Assembly (NCBI GenBank): GCA_964106645.2
Contig: OZ067038.1
Strand: one strand, 5' to 3'
Length of the DNA: 64,000 nt
From: Podarcis pityusensis
Lineage: Eukaryota
Position 1 is the stretch's first letter; each line of letters opens with the position of its first letter. The notes under the pieces were generated by a model. It had not been told where the DNA came from. It was given only the letters and a program-made list of their open reading frames with translations, and searched no databases. Position numbers and translations under genes: made by a program. Below are positions 50,931 through 64,000 of this stretch, one piece after another.

Positions 50931-50997
50931 AGGGAGCGCCGTAACCAGTCGTCTGCAACTGGTCTTAACTGTCAGGGGTCCTTTACCTTTACCTTTA
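50931..50997 (+). mobile_element. Sauria SINE 3' fragment
   Basis: ...CTTAACTGTCAGGGGTCCTTTACCTTTACCTTTA tail. Confidence 0.75.
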
Positions 50998-51400
50998 ATG
51001 ATTGTGCAGAGACAGGAGCAGGATGGGCAGGAAACAGTAGCTGTAAATGCCCTAAAGGGACTGATTGGTGGTAACAGTCAGATCAATGGGCTGTGTATTT
51101 GAATTTAGCCTCAAGATTAGCATATGTATTAATTCCCTGTGATTCATATAAATACAAAATAAAATCAACCTGTTGCATAACTTTCCTGTACAGTTTTGGC
51201 TCCTTTCAGCCATGGATGCTTCTTGTTTTCTGTAAACAACGACTATTTCACACCCTCCTTATTCTTCACATCTTTGTCTTCTTCCTGTAGGAGTGCATAC
51301 TGTGTGGTCGCCAGCTAGGTTCTTACACAGTGTAGACCAACTGAAGTTACTGGGCCTAAGTGGAACTTTGTGGACTCGAGAAGCCAACACTGAATCCACA

Positions 51401-51713
51401 CAGTGACGTAGTGGGGGGGGGGGCACAACAGGGACGGTTGCCCCAGGAGCAAAATTGTTAGGGAAGCAAAGTTTCAATACCCACTGCTGCCTCAATACAG
51501 CTGCAAGCTTCTGTTGTTGGGCTCTGTTGAAAATGGCTTATACATGCAAACCAGGAAGTGACCTCTCCGGATAATGGAACAACTCTTTCTTTTCTTATCT
51601 CTGTGGCTGTGATGCAGACACCTTTAGGGAGTCCAATGCACATGCGTACTCCATCCATTTCCCTTCGCACCTCTGCATGGCCCCGGGTGCTGGCAACCCA
51701 CGCTACACCACTG
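51401..51713. mobile_element. Non-autonomous hAT element
   Basis: CAGTGACGTAG...CTACACCACTG; TSD AATCCACA/CATCCACA (7/8). Confidence 0.7.
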
Positions 51714-53610
51714 CATCCACAGCCCTACCACTTGGGGCAGAAGTAGGGCGTGGCTTCACTCCAGCTCACAGGATGGCACAGCGGCAGGTACTTGGATCAG
51801 GCCCACTGCCATTGCATGACAGCAGCAGAGCTGGCTCAGGATCCAGTAGAATCTGTGCTGGCCCTGCACTCTGCCCAAAACACCTTGTTTCTGGAGCTTC
51901 TGTTGGCTACAACAAGTGAGGATGCAGCACATGGTAACTTCCACCCACTGGCTGTTTAGGTGGATACGGCTCATCAGTAGAACCATCCTGTCAACTTCAG
52001 AGCTCCCACACCAGCAAAGGCTGGTGGAGGGACATCTCCACTTCATCCAAAACCCTCTGGTGTGGCAAATTACAGTTTTGTAATGCTCTGTCAGTTAAGC
52101 CAATGAATTCAAATCAGTCTTCTCTGATGAACAGTGGGTACAATTCACTGTCTGTATTGGAGTTTTCCTCACTTTAAGGTCTGGTGCCTGCTCTGCCTCT
52201 AGGAACCCCAGGGGGCCCTGGGTTCTGTTTGTAACAAGTGCATATTGTGTTTGCAGAAATCTTTCTTACGGAAAGCTTTACTTCCAGATGCTTTCAAACG
52301 CATAGGGAAATTACCTAGATGCCATTCTGAACAATTTCCAGCAGTACCTTAACTATAGAAGAAAGCAACATTTATATTGAGTGAAATAATTGTGACAACA
52401 CTAAAAAGCAACCACACCCTAAGCTACCACAATCAATATAGAGTGATCTTTTCTTGTAAAAATAGCTTTTAAGTAACTTTATCAGGAAAAGGAAAGAAGA
52501 ACGAGAGAAGTAACTTGAACCACCACCCCCCTCATTGTAGTGTCAATGGATAGCAATTTTTCTATGACATGATGGCTCTTCTATAAATGCTGTTAAATTA
52601 CTTAAATTGATAGGGGAGAGGTGTTCTTTCAGAGCCTACTGGTGCTGCAGCTTTTGCAATGTGTATTTGACTTAATTACTATAATCAAAGTGTTAACAGT
52701 GAAGAGTATAACCCACTATTACAATGAACAAATGTTTAAAAATTATTTACCCAGTATAAGGGAAACATTGGTGACTTGATAACATATTGAAAGCTCTCCC
52801 TGAAAAGGAATACCAGGCATTCTTAAAATGAAAGTTCAGGTATGATTTTTTAAATATATATATATATCTTGTAGTAGCAGTAGTAGTAGCAGCAGCAATT
52901 ATTATTATTATTATTAGTAGTAGTAGTAGTAGAAGTAGTAGTAGTAGTAGTATTTTATACCCCACCCATCTAGCTGGGTTTCCCCAGTCACTCTGAGCAG
53001 CTTCCATCACATATAAAAACATAATAAAGCATCAAACATTAAAAACTTCCCAATACAGGGCTTCTAAAAGTTGTGTAGAAAAGTTGTAGAAATAGGAAGT
53101 AGAAGTTGTTTTTTAAAAAAACAACCCAATCCATATGGAATAGAGACTTTTTATTGTGTTTTTATCTCAATGACTGCATTGTATGACCAAGCACTTTTGT
53201 ATGGCACACCACCCCCCCCCTTGAATATGCACAGTGGCAACACACAGAAACTTAACAGAACATTGTTCATAAGATTTGCAAGTCTTTCTCAGATTTCAGC
53301 CCTGGGGAGGCTGCAGAACATCTGTGCTTCTATGCGCTGGGATTTTATGACAGCCCTGGCCAAGCCACACGTCAGATATGATAGGTGATGGAGAGTCAGG
53401 CTTATAAGAATGACCACTTGATAGATGGACTGAATTACATATTTGACTGTTTCAAAAAATGGGTAGCAGACTAAAAAATACGTAGTAGTGCTACGTTATT
53501 TTGTGGCCTCATCAACTTTTGGGTACAAAAAAGCAAACACCCACACAAGAATTTGCCTTGTTTGAATACACACCAACTCCATGCAGCACACACAATACAA
53601 GCACTACTGG

Positions 53611-54026
53611 CAGTGGCGTAGGAAGGGGGGGCGGAGGGGGCAGGCTGCCCCAGGTGCCACTCTGGGAGGGGTGACAAGATGGCCCCTGCCTCCCCCCAGC
53701 TGTAGAGCAGCCGAGGGTGCCAGCAGTCCATATGGGCACTGCTCGCGCACCGTCTGTACGGGCTGCCGCTCTCACGCGCTGTCCTTACGGGCATCCATAT
53801 GGGCTGCTGCTCTTGCGCGTGGCGACTGAATGGGCTGCTGCACGTGCGCAGTCTGTATGGGATGCCTCTTGCACGGCAGCCTGTACGGTCGCTGTGCAAG
53901 CGGCATTCCGTATGGAGTGCACACGCACAGGGTGCCGCACATGCACAGCCCGTATGAGATGCTGCACATGCACAGTCCATACGGGCTATGCCGCCCCGGG
54001 TGCCGGAGAGGGTTCCTCCACCACTG
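53611..54026 (+). mobile_element. Non-autonomous hAT element with internal palindromic repeat array
   Basis: CAGTGGCGTAGG...CCTCCACCACTG; exact 8-bp TSD ACTACTGG (53603-53610, 54027-54034). Confidence 0.85.
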
Positions 54027-54275
54027 ACTACTGGCACATCTTATTTTGTTTGTTATCATTAGGAAATAGAACCATGCTGCAAAAAGGCTGGCCCAATCCT
54101 GTTATTTAAGTGCATATTTCACAGCTCCAGAGATTTACGTGTTCTGAGCTCTCTCCCAACTGAGATTAGACAGGTACTTTCCCTGCTGAACTTCAGTTGC
54201 ATGACAAATACTTCTAGTAGCCATTTTATGATAGTGTTGGGGGTTTTGTTCAGTTTTGTGATGACTTTTGATTGT

Positions 54276-54288
54276 GACGACGACGACG

Positions 54289-54337
<49 letters not shown>
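54276..54337. repeat. (GAC)n(AAC)n microsatellite
   Basis: Direct reading. Confidence 0.9.
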
Positions 54338-56277
54338 ATTTATCTATAGGTCAGTCCAATCTGTTGGTTACAATTATTGCTTTCGCTTTCACATTCACCC
54401 CAGTTGACCAGACAAGGCTACCCTCTTTGAAATGAGAGAGGGAGCTAGGAGTGAACTAGGACCAGCATCCGATTCAATTCAGAGCTGAGCATCTGGGTTG
54501 CTACTACATCATGAGCCTGTGGAGATATAAGCACCTCAGTTAGAACCACTTTTCCTTTTGTGCCTCTGAAGCGGTGAAACAAGCTTCCTCCCTATTGCGT
54601 TCCTTTCTACTACACAGCCATTTTAAAGGACAGAATCCCGATGCAAGCATAAATATTCCAACCCTGTGTTGCTGAGGAAGGATTTTTTGTCTGGCCGACA
54701 CACCAGAAAGCAGCCTTGTCGAGCCAATATCCACTGGGTTTCTGAATGCAAGAGGGAGGCTACTTTGACAGAGAGGAAAGGCATGGGTTTGAGATGTGAA
54801 AAGCACAGTTGGAAAGCTAACTTAGCTATTCATTATTATGCACTCAGAAGATGTTAATGAAGCTTGAAGATGGGCTTTCTGGCCAAATTGCCTTTGGCCA
54901 AGCCCATTCCCTTTCTTGCTTTGCATTCTGCGACTCGGCTTGCCTTCCTCTACCTCTACTAGTGCACAGGCAAGCTGCCTGCTTCCCTAAGTTTTTAATG
55001 AGTCCCAATTGGTGAGGCCAAGAGTAATGCATCTCCACTGTTATGGCTGGGCCAGGCCCTTTAATATTGATGTCTCCCTGGTGGCAACAACAGAGATGAA
55101 CAATAATGTGCAATCGCCTAAAAGGGGGAAGTCTTTTAGCTATTTAGATCAGGGCAGCTTCCTTCCAATAATTTAAGGCTGGGATATATGTGTGGTGTGG
55201 TGTTCCCCACCTGGGTCCCCACTAATACAACCAAGAGCTGTTTATCTTCATTGCTGTCACTGCAGAGTCATGTTGGTATCAAAGGATGCAGCCTGGCAGA
55301 GGCACATATATCTCAGTGCAGGCACCTCTGGCTGGGTCTCAAAATGCACTGGAGAACTGGCTGCTTGCCTGTAAGCTGCAGGAGGAGGTGATCAAAATGA
55401 AGACTTGAAATTCATATGCAGCAGCAGGAGAGAGTGGAGGGCATCGCCTGTAACTGGACAAAACACACAATGAATGCAAGAACAATGTGGTCTTCCCTCT
55501 TGAGAAGGGTGGAAGCCATATTTCCAGAGCTTAGGCTAATGTGAGTTAAATATCCTGTGTGTGTATGTCTTCATTTTTTTGAAAAACAAAAACCCTGTTC
55601 ACTGTAGGCTAAAGAATAGCCTTGCAGGTTGTGATTTTTAAAAACTTTTATTATTTTTAATAGCTTCATTCGGTTACTCCTGGTCCTAACTTTAGTCCCT
55701 GGTCTTACTTCCTGCCAGCTGCCTAGGGACCCGAAAGGTTGCTTCAGCAGTTGGAGATTGTCCAAGCCTAACAGCTTAAAACCCCCTTGTCCTTCCTCAG
55801 TGCTCACATCTTTGCATCAGCCTGATGTCCCTAAGTAAGACTGTGTCTACATGGGAGACCTTGGCAGCAATGGAATCGTTGCGGATGATTTTTCAAAGGG
55901 AAGAGACCTCAGTGAATACACAATGACAGGATGTGGAGCCATTATCAAAAGTAAAGCATTTTGCTTTGTTAAAAATATGGAGTGCCTCTCCTATCCTTTT
56001 AAGCTGGGTTCTATTTTCATGAGGTTGCGACACAATGTTTCCAATGGGAGGAGTAAAGGGGAGGGCTTAAATGATCTGCTGCAGAACCGAATGTTTTTGT
56101 GAAATAGAATGGAGAACATACTGTTACAAAACAGGGAATCTTGCTACAGTTAGCTCACCTAGAGTCTGTGTTCCTTTGAGAATCAAGGTTGTTGTAGCTT
56201 TAAGAAATATGATTTATTCACATATTTACAGCTGAGTTTGGAGGAAGGGAGTCTAGATCTTATAGCATGCTCATGTC

Positions 56278-57824
56278 TTTTTTTTTTATAATGATATTTA
56301 TTAAAGTTTCACAAAAATACATAAAAATACAAAACAAAGAAAAAAGTATAAAGTTTTAAGATACAACAAAAAAGTAGAAAATTAGAAAAAGCGTACAAAA
56401 TAAAACAGTTAAGAACACAATAATATTCCATAACCTATCTTCCTTACTCTTATTTCCCCGGACCTCCTCATACCTCCCTTCTTTGTATTCCAATTCAATT
56501 TGTTGGTTCAGCAAATCCTTACCATTAGTCTTTTACCCAATTGTTAACCTTTTTTCCATGTCTCTTAAAGCATTACAGCCAAAAACCTCTTAGTTTCTAT
56601 CCAACATCCTTCTAAAGTTCCTTAATTTTGCAATATTTCTGTAAATAGTCCTTAAATTTCTTCCATTCTTCTTTCACCGACTCTTCTCCCTGGTCTCGGA
56701 TTCTGCCAGTCATTTCCGCCAATTCCATGTAGTCAATCACCTTCATCTGCCATTCTTCCAAAGTGGGTAGATCTTGTGTCTTCCAATACTTTGCGATAAG
56801 TATTCTTGCTGCTGTTGTAGCATACATAAAAAAGGTTCTGTCCTTCTTTGGCACCAGTTGGCCGACAATGCCCAAGAGAAAGGCCTCTGGTTTCTTCAGA
56901 AAGGTATATTTAAATACCTTTTTCAGTTCATTATATATCATTTCCCAGAAAGCCTTAATCTTTGGGCACGTCCACCAAAGGTGAAAGAATGTACCTTCAG
57001 TTTCTTTACATTTCCAACATTTATTATCGGGCAAATGAAAAATTTTTGCAAGCTTGACTGGGGTCATGTACCACCTGTATATCATTTTCATAATATTCTC
57101 TCTTAAGGCATTACATGCCGTAAACTTCATACCTGTGGTCCATAACTGTTCCCAGTTAGTGAACATAATATTATGTCCAACATCTTGTGCCCATTTAATC
57201 ATAGCAGATTTCACCGTTTCATCCTGAGTATTCCATTTCAACAGCAAGTTATACATTCTTGACAAATTTTTAGTTTTGGGTTCTAACAATTCTGTTTCTA
57301 ATTTTGACTTTTCCACTTGGAAGCCTATTTTCTTATCCAAATTATATGCCTCCATTATCTGATAGTAGTGGAGCCAGTCTCTTACTTTATTTTTTAATTT
57401 TTCAAAACTCTGCAATCTCAATTTATCTCCTTCTTGCTCCAAAATTTCCCAATATGTCGGCCATTTGGCCTCCATATTGAGCCTTTTCAGAGCTTTTGCT
57501 TCCATTGGTGACAGCCACCTTGGGGTTTTATTTTCCAATAAGTCTTTGTATCTTATCCAAACATTAAACAATGCTTTCCTAACAATATGGTTTTTGAATG
57601 CTTTGTGTGCTTTGACCTTATCATACCATAAATATGCATGCCATCCAAATACATTGTTAAAACCTTCTAGATCCAAAATGTCTGTGTTTTCAAGAAGTAG
57701 CCATTCTTTCAGCCAGCAAAAAGCTGCTGATTCATAATAAAGTTTAAGGTCTGGCAGGGCAAATCCACCTCTTTCCTTGGCATCAGTTAATATCTTAAAT
57801 TTTATTCTGGGCTTCTTGCCCTGC
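56278..57824 (-). mobile_element. 5'-truncated L1-clade LINE, recent insertion
   Basis: Poly(A) tail as T-run from 56278; exact 17-bp TSD TATAGCATGCTCATGTC (56261-56277, 57825-57841). Confidence 0.92.
56612..57823 (-). pseudogene. L1 ORF2 C-terminal part (uninterrupted but truncated; no RT core or endonuclease)
   Basis: QGKKPRIKFKILTDAKERGGFALPDLKLYY... and CCHC finger CWKCKETEGTFFHLWWTC. Confidence 0.9.
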
Positions 57825-60230
57825 TATAGCATGCTCATGTCAAGTAGGGCTTACTCCCCACAGCAGTGCAGCACTGGATTCCAAAGCAACTCTCCCAGTC
57901 TGCCTTCAGCCAGCCTGCCCAAGATGGATCTCCTGTCTTTTTTCTCCTATTCCAAGTCTCGTGCCAAAGGCCCCAAACTCTTCCTGTGACATCATGCTTA
58001 GTTATCCTGGCAACCTTCCAAATCCCCTGTCTCTGTCCACACCTCAGGGCAAGCCCGGGGGCGGGGGCAGTTCTCTTGCATTGCCAATAGCCCTCAATGG
58101 CCCTGTATTGTTTCTGAACGACCCTAGCTTGGCCAGGTCATTTTGCTAGCCCAGGAATTCCTCTGTAGCTTGTATTTTTCATTCATATCCCAAATAATCA
58201 AAATCTTACCATTTACTAATTTCTAGGGTTTAGGCCCACCCCCCTCTGAACCTATAACAAAACAATATTATGTTCCTCTGCAGGGAAATCCCAAAATCTC
58301 TTTCTCCAAGCTGGCCTGTGGCTGTATATGTTCTGAGCCCTGCCGTCCTGACTTCCACAAGGCTGTGGTGGCAGTTGCTGGAAGCAGAGGAGGAGACTAT
58401 GAATGATGACATCAGCTAAGAACAGCCCGAGAGGGAGAAAGTCCCCCCCCCCCCATTTCTTTCCCCTTAGAGGTTAGGAAGGGTGAGGCAGTCCAGATTC
58501 CCTAGAAATGGGGAGGGTATCAACTAGCCAGGAGGGAAGGCTGGAAGAGGAGGAGGAGCCATCCCATCACTGTAAACAATGGGTTTTGTTTTTGTTTTGT
58601 AGATGCCTGACATTTGATACAAAACTGTATCTTAAATACAGGAAGTTTTATTTCTCTTACATTCTCTTACATTACTCAGACATCTGCTGGTTCAGCTGTG
58701 GCAATGTAATAATTTACTGTGGCTGTTATGCTCTCTCCCCTCCCCCTTCCATTCCTGAGAGATGAGGAGTTCCAGGTGTGGTGCTACAGGGCTTAATTTC
58801 TTTTCATCGTGAGAGTACAATCTTGTTTACAAAATATACAAGCCTATTGATACTCCTACAGCAGGTAGAAAAATCTGCTCCCCCCCCCCCCGCATCAGTC
58901 CCTGAGAGAGCTTCTCTGCCCTAAGGATTTTCACCTGCAGTCAATGCACAGCTCCCGAACACTTCCTGATTAACTTTAAACAGAAAGTTGCTTAAAAAGT
59001 GCTACCCAATACTTTCTGAAGGATGTCACCTTTCCAAGTTTGAATTGGCCATGACATTCCAAAAGCTGGAGAGAGATTCCCAGCATCAGGGGAACATATT
59101 CAGATATTAGCTTCCATTGACGAAATATCAACTAAGCATCCTGGGCCTCTAGCCAGCCCAAGGCCAGTGTCAGTGGTCAGTAGGGTCAGACACTGACTGA
59201 GAGCCCCAGGGATTCAGAAGGGCTCCCCCACCCATGGGCCTGACCTGGCTCTGCCACTACTCACTGTACTTCCTGCAAGCCACCCAGACAGTGATTTTGG
59301 CAGTGTGTGCTGCTTTTGAAAGGCAGCCAAGCTCTGCTCCCATCCACAGCCGAGAAGGATATTTGATAGATTGATATTCCTAGCACATCCTGGATGTTTT
59401 GATACAGGGTCAATCCGTTATGTTCTGTGGTCAGCTTGCCAAACCTCCGATTTTGCTCTCAAAATTGCTGAGAGGAATGTAGCAGTTCAAAGCAGCTATT
59501 GCAAAAATGTGGCATTTGTTTTGTTCATTGAGGACCAGGAGAAGATGGCCACAAAGATGTCTGAAGAGCTTTCAGATAACATATATATCTGTCTGTGTGT
59601 GTGTGTGTTAAAAAAAAAAAAGTATAAAATGTGAAATTATGTCTTATAGTGGTATTTTGTTCCATGTCAGAACATTGTTTTAAAATTTAATTAGCATCTT
59701 TTCAGAGATATAATCGCACTGTATAATTCATTGTTTGCAACTTTCCCTGCAAACAACATGGTGCATTTTAGAGACAAAACCAAACCAATAATGTGCGACT
59801 GTATTTTCATTCATAGACCTTCAGGAAGGGTGAAGGAACTGCATCTGCTAAAATGCATGTAGGCTATCACTGCCCCCAAGCTATTCTTCCTTTGCTATTA
59901 GTTTTGATATATCCCCAAATTTAGGAATGTCAAATTCAAGTGGTTTGAAGGGCCAAACTCCGCCTTTAGAATTTGCCATGGGCAATACTATAATTTTTCA
60001 CCAGCAATGGCCTAAGCAGCACCAGTAATTGGCCTCCAAAAGAACTTTGCCAGTCAAACCTTGTTGAACACTGTCAGGGATACGCTCTCTCCTAGACAGA
60101 ATTGTACCCATGCTATCCTTAACACCTCACAATGTAAAATCCTTTCTCGTGTGTCCCTAGGGCTGAGACAAAAGGACAGTTTTTCATGAACCTCTGTTGT
60201 ATTGTTGTAGGCTTCTGTGAAAATGGATTA

Positions 60231-60489
60231 CCATATTTTTTGCTCTATAAGACTCACTTTTTCCCTCCTAAAAAGTAAGGGGAAATGTGTGTGCGTATTA
60301 TGGAGCGAGTGCACGCTGCAAGGCTATCCCAGAAGCCAGAACAGCAAGAGGGATTGCTGCTTTCGCTGCACAGCGATCCCTCTTGCTGTTCTGGCTTCTG
60401 GGATTCGGAATATTTTTTTTATTGTTTTCCTCCTCCAAAAACTAGGTACGTCTTGTGGTCTGGTGCGTCTTATAGAGTGAAAAATACGG
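60231..60489. mobile_element. Tc1/mariner-superfamily MITE
   Basis: TA|CCATATTTTTTGCTCTATAAGAC...GTCTTATAGAGTGAAAAATACGG|TA. Confidence 0.8.
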
Positions 60490-61165
60490 TAAACCATCAC
60501 CCATTCCCTAAAGTGTAATGACATTGGCCATGTGGTTTTGGCTATTTAGAGTGGTGGTAGGTGGCAATAACCTCACTCTGAACAGGCTTTCAGTCACTGC
60601 CACATAAATTTGGCTATGTGTGAAGTCATATCTATTTTTATTTCTTTGTAATTTTTTTAACGGCTTAATATAATACAAATGCCCAAATGGTTTGTAAAGA
60701 AAACAATAAAGGTTAAAAACAATATCATTCAATACAATTTCTCATCCATATTGTGATATCATTACTTTCACTACATGATCCCTGGCTTGCTGAGATGATG
60801 TTCCCAGGAAAATGTTTTAAAGAAAAAAAATCACACGGAAGCAACTGATGAGCAGCCCTCAGAGAGTGAGCCACGTGGAGAGCTCAAAGAATGTTTTTGC
60901 TCTCCGACAGCACTATTTCCAAACAGAGCCAAGCATTCTACCTTACCCGCGGCTGCTTATTCATCTATTTGCTACCATTTGTACCTCATTTTTGCACCAA
61001 ACAGTGTTCCAGGTGACTAAATGCTGTAAAATATAAAGAAAAATAATCATTCAAAAGATAAAAGGCTGCTTGCTTTCCAAAATGCTTGTGGTGTCAGAAC
61101 AGTTACCCCATATCTTGCCAGGCTGGATATCTGTCTCAATCAGTTGCTATGCCACAAGCCAAAGC

Positions 61166-61530
61166 CAGGGGCGGAGGAAGGGAGTGCAGTGAGTGCGGTC
61201 TGCCCCAGGTGTCACCACTGAGGGGGTGACAAAATGTTGGGCGGCATTCACCATGGGGCCTGCAGTGCGCCCGAGCCATGTGTCTATCCTGGGAGAGACA
61301 TGGTGGCTTGGGCACGCACAGGCTCCACGCTGCCCAAACGGTCCGCCTGCTGCCCCCCCCCCCCCAGCTTTAGGGCAGCTGAGTGGAAGGAGGCAGGCAG
61401 ACTCCGGAGGCCCCACGGTGCACCCCGCCCCTATGGGGGGCTTGCCCTGCCCTCACCCCGCCCCTATGGGCAGTGCGCCCTGCCCCTGGGCATGCCGCCC
61501 CAGGCACCCGAGCGGCTTCCTCTGCCACTG
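61166..61530 (+). mobile_element. Non-autonomous hAT element
   Basis: CAGGGGCGGAGGAAG...CTTCCTCTGCCACTG; exact 8-bp TSD GCCAAAGC. Confidence 0.85.
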
Positions 61531-63329
61531 GCCAAAGCTGTAACTTCAGGCGCCATCCTACACTCCACCCCAGTGAACTAGTCTAGTTCCTTTAATCCCT
61601 GCACTCCTTTGCACCCACACTGCTAAAACGTCAAAATAAAAGGGGATTACTCTGATGCTGAGGTAGGCCGTAGCAGACACAGGTAGGGCAGCATCCCTTC
61701 TGAACCATAGAGATGGTTCAGTAATTTACATAGTGTTACGAAGATCGAAAACACTGGCCTCCATGTTTATTTTGGGTTTCATAACAATTGGTTTATTAGG
61801 AAAGGTAACATGGCACATCAGAGCCTTATATAAGACAGCAAAACCAGACATATTTCAACAGCGTTGTGGCACCTTATCTTATATGTCACTGCAGAACAAT
61901 TTCAACAATCTCTACCACCTGCCTTGTTGGGCGTTTAAACTATTTAACAACCGCTCTGGGAACACAGGGGACATTTCTACTTATTGACTTCAGTGACTCA
62001 TTCTGTACCCATATGTGCTTATGATAAGTGCGAAAAGGTATACAATATGCTCTGCATTTCCTCCCTCGCTATATTCTGCATCTTTGTATTTTACATTTTG
62101 CTTTCGGGGTCTTTTATTTTCTCTTTTCAAATTCTGGTTGACATATCTGAACATTAATAAAGACTGCTTTAAAAAAGGTAATTTATACAGAGAGTATTAG
62201 GGGTGGGGAGACTGACTTGAGGACTACATAAGGTGCAGGGGTGGGGAACCTATTGCCCTGCAGATGTTGATGGTCGGGGGCATTGTTGGAGATGGTCCTG
62301 GGGGTTTGGGCCTTGGAGATCCTGCTCCTTTAAAAACCTGCATTACCTTGCTCACAGTGTGGCTGGGTGCACTGCAAACCACAGTGTGAATGTGAGCTGA
62401 GCCACCCACCATCTTAATCTGACCAGAGGCACCTGTATTAGTAAATGCAATTTTACGCAAGTCTTCCATGTGTGCCTGTGCCCCCAAGGCTTTAAGTTCC
62501 AAGCAATGACTCTGTTGCTGGTCTACAGCTGCCATAATCCCTGACCATTGGCTGAAGCTGATGGCAGTTGAAATCCAATGTCATCTGAAGGGCTATGAGT
62601 CTCCCAGCTCTTTTATAAGGCATGGTTAAGCTCATGTGCCTTAGGTGTGAAGTTCCAGTTCAGCCTAGTTTACAAAACAGAGCAGGCTGTTCACTCCTGC
62701 TACGTGATTACTACGTGTCTCATGAATCTTCCATATATTTTTCCTGGAAACCAGACTAGGACATTGCATACCCCATCAGAGCCTTTCTTAACAAAAACTT
62801 GTTCTGTTGAGGTATACTCTGTGACTTACTAGCTGAGATGCACCTTATTTTCTTCAGGTACCCCTTCAAGAAAACCATACCTCTTTTGCAGAAAAAGATT
62901 TTGGGTGAGTGGTCAGTCAGTCAGCTTTGAAGTTATGAGTGAAGTGAATAACCTGGGATCATAAATCCAATACTTTATCTTAAACTAGGCAATATTTCTT
63001 TATGGACTCCTGTAATAGCCTGGGCTGCATTAGAAAAATATATGTATTTCTACATGGAATCCAAGATGCAATAACACCATTCATGTTTTATTTTTTTCAA
63101 AATTGTTTTACCCCTTTGTGGAGGCATTGACATTTCATGCTTTTAGCAGAAGCTAAAACTATCACCTTCACAATCTGAAACCTGAATGCTTCAGAATCCT
63201 GTCACAGGGTTACTTCCCCTTCTCTTTCAAGACAAATTGAGCCATCTGGATCAGGGCAGAACAAGTGTTTGTACAGGCACAATTGTGTGGGCTCAGCAAT
63301 TAGGATGCCAGGAAAAGGAGTATTAGAGA

Positions 63330-63332
<3 letters not shown>

Positions 63333-63368
<36 letters not shown>
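63333..63368. repeat. (GA)n microsatellite
   Basis: Direct reading. Confidence 0.9.
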
Positions 63369-63371
<3 letters not shown>

Positions 63372-64000
63372 AAAATAAAAACAAAATGGTTTCCCTGAGG
63401 GAAACCAGAGCTGTTTTCTTATCTGGGCTATATAACTGTTAATAACTGGTATTTCAAATATCTCTGTGTTGAAATGGCTGCTGCGGTTCCACAATATTGA
63501 TTCACTCCATTCAGTCAGAATGTAAAGACAGAAGCCCATTGCTATACATGTCCTGCTGCTGATTTCAATGGGGGTTTATTCCAGGTAAGTCAGTATAAGC
63601 CTGCAGCCTAAAAGACATTTGAAGGGGGCAACTACTGTATCAGAGAAATCTGGCTTCAATTTGGTAAGTTGCTTTTTACGTACATTTCATCCGCAATTAT
63701 TTAAGTACATAAAATGTAAAAGCTGGTCATGGCAACAAACCACATCCCATTCCTATTACTGTCCTATGTATTTGTGTGGTAGTCCATTAACCCTGCAGTC
63801 CTATGGTCCATGAGAATGTAGCAGAACTTCCCCTCTAAGGGCCAACAGAGAGCCCTGGAGACTTCAGAGAGGATGATCTGCCACCTTCCCAGTTCCTCAA
63901 CTCTCGGGGAGTGGTGGGGAAGCTATATTAGCCCAGGAGCTGATACAGCTTATTTCTGTTTTCCCCTCTCTCATTGTTCTCAGTGGGAGATTATTATTAT

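Noticed and set aside
53471-54109. Cys/Ala-rich ORFs and a CRISPR-like repeat-spacer appearance
   Set aside because: They lie in a TSD-bounded hAT element in a vertebrate; repeats are degenerate, spacers short and related, and there are no cas genes
49000-64000. A second host protein-coding gene downstream of SLC35F5
   Set aside because: No recognisable exons found; small exons or a long intron of a neighbouring gene cannot be excluded

Overview
Eukaryotic (vertebrate) genomic DNA, almost certainly a squamate reptile (Sauria SINEs, BovB, Penelope and lizard-type MITEs; a lacertid is my guess). One host gene is present: SLC35F5 on the + strand, with a CpG-island promoter at ~6.3-7.2 kb, a probable 5'UTR exon, 13 coding exons (13605-33354, ~481 aa, all GT-AG and phase-compatible), an intron just after the stop codon and a long 3'UTR. 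The rest is a transposon landscape. The main element is a complete 5,170-bp Ty1/copia LTR retrotransposon (43767-48936, - strand) with an intact 1320-aa gag-pol ORF, two 448-bp LTRs in which I found no differences, a TTTTT TSD, a tRNAiMet-fragment PBS and non-canonical TG...GA ends. Also present: a Penelope-like element with a minimal hammerhead ribozyme and an inverted, microsatellite-filled junction; a young 5'-truncated L1-clade LINE with a 17-bp TSD; BovB/RTE fragments; Sauria SINEs; and many hAT and Tc1/mariner MITEs with recognisable TSDs. A candidate divergent exon lies at 1525-1582 (-). Most short ORFs in the track are spurious. I found no wholly new system, but several unusual element architectures merit follow-up. 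Family names come from recognition, not database searches.
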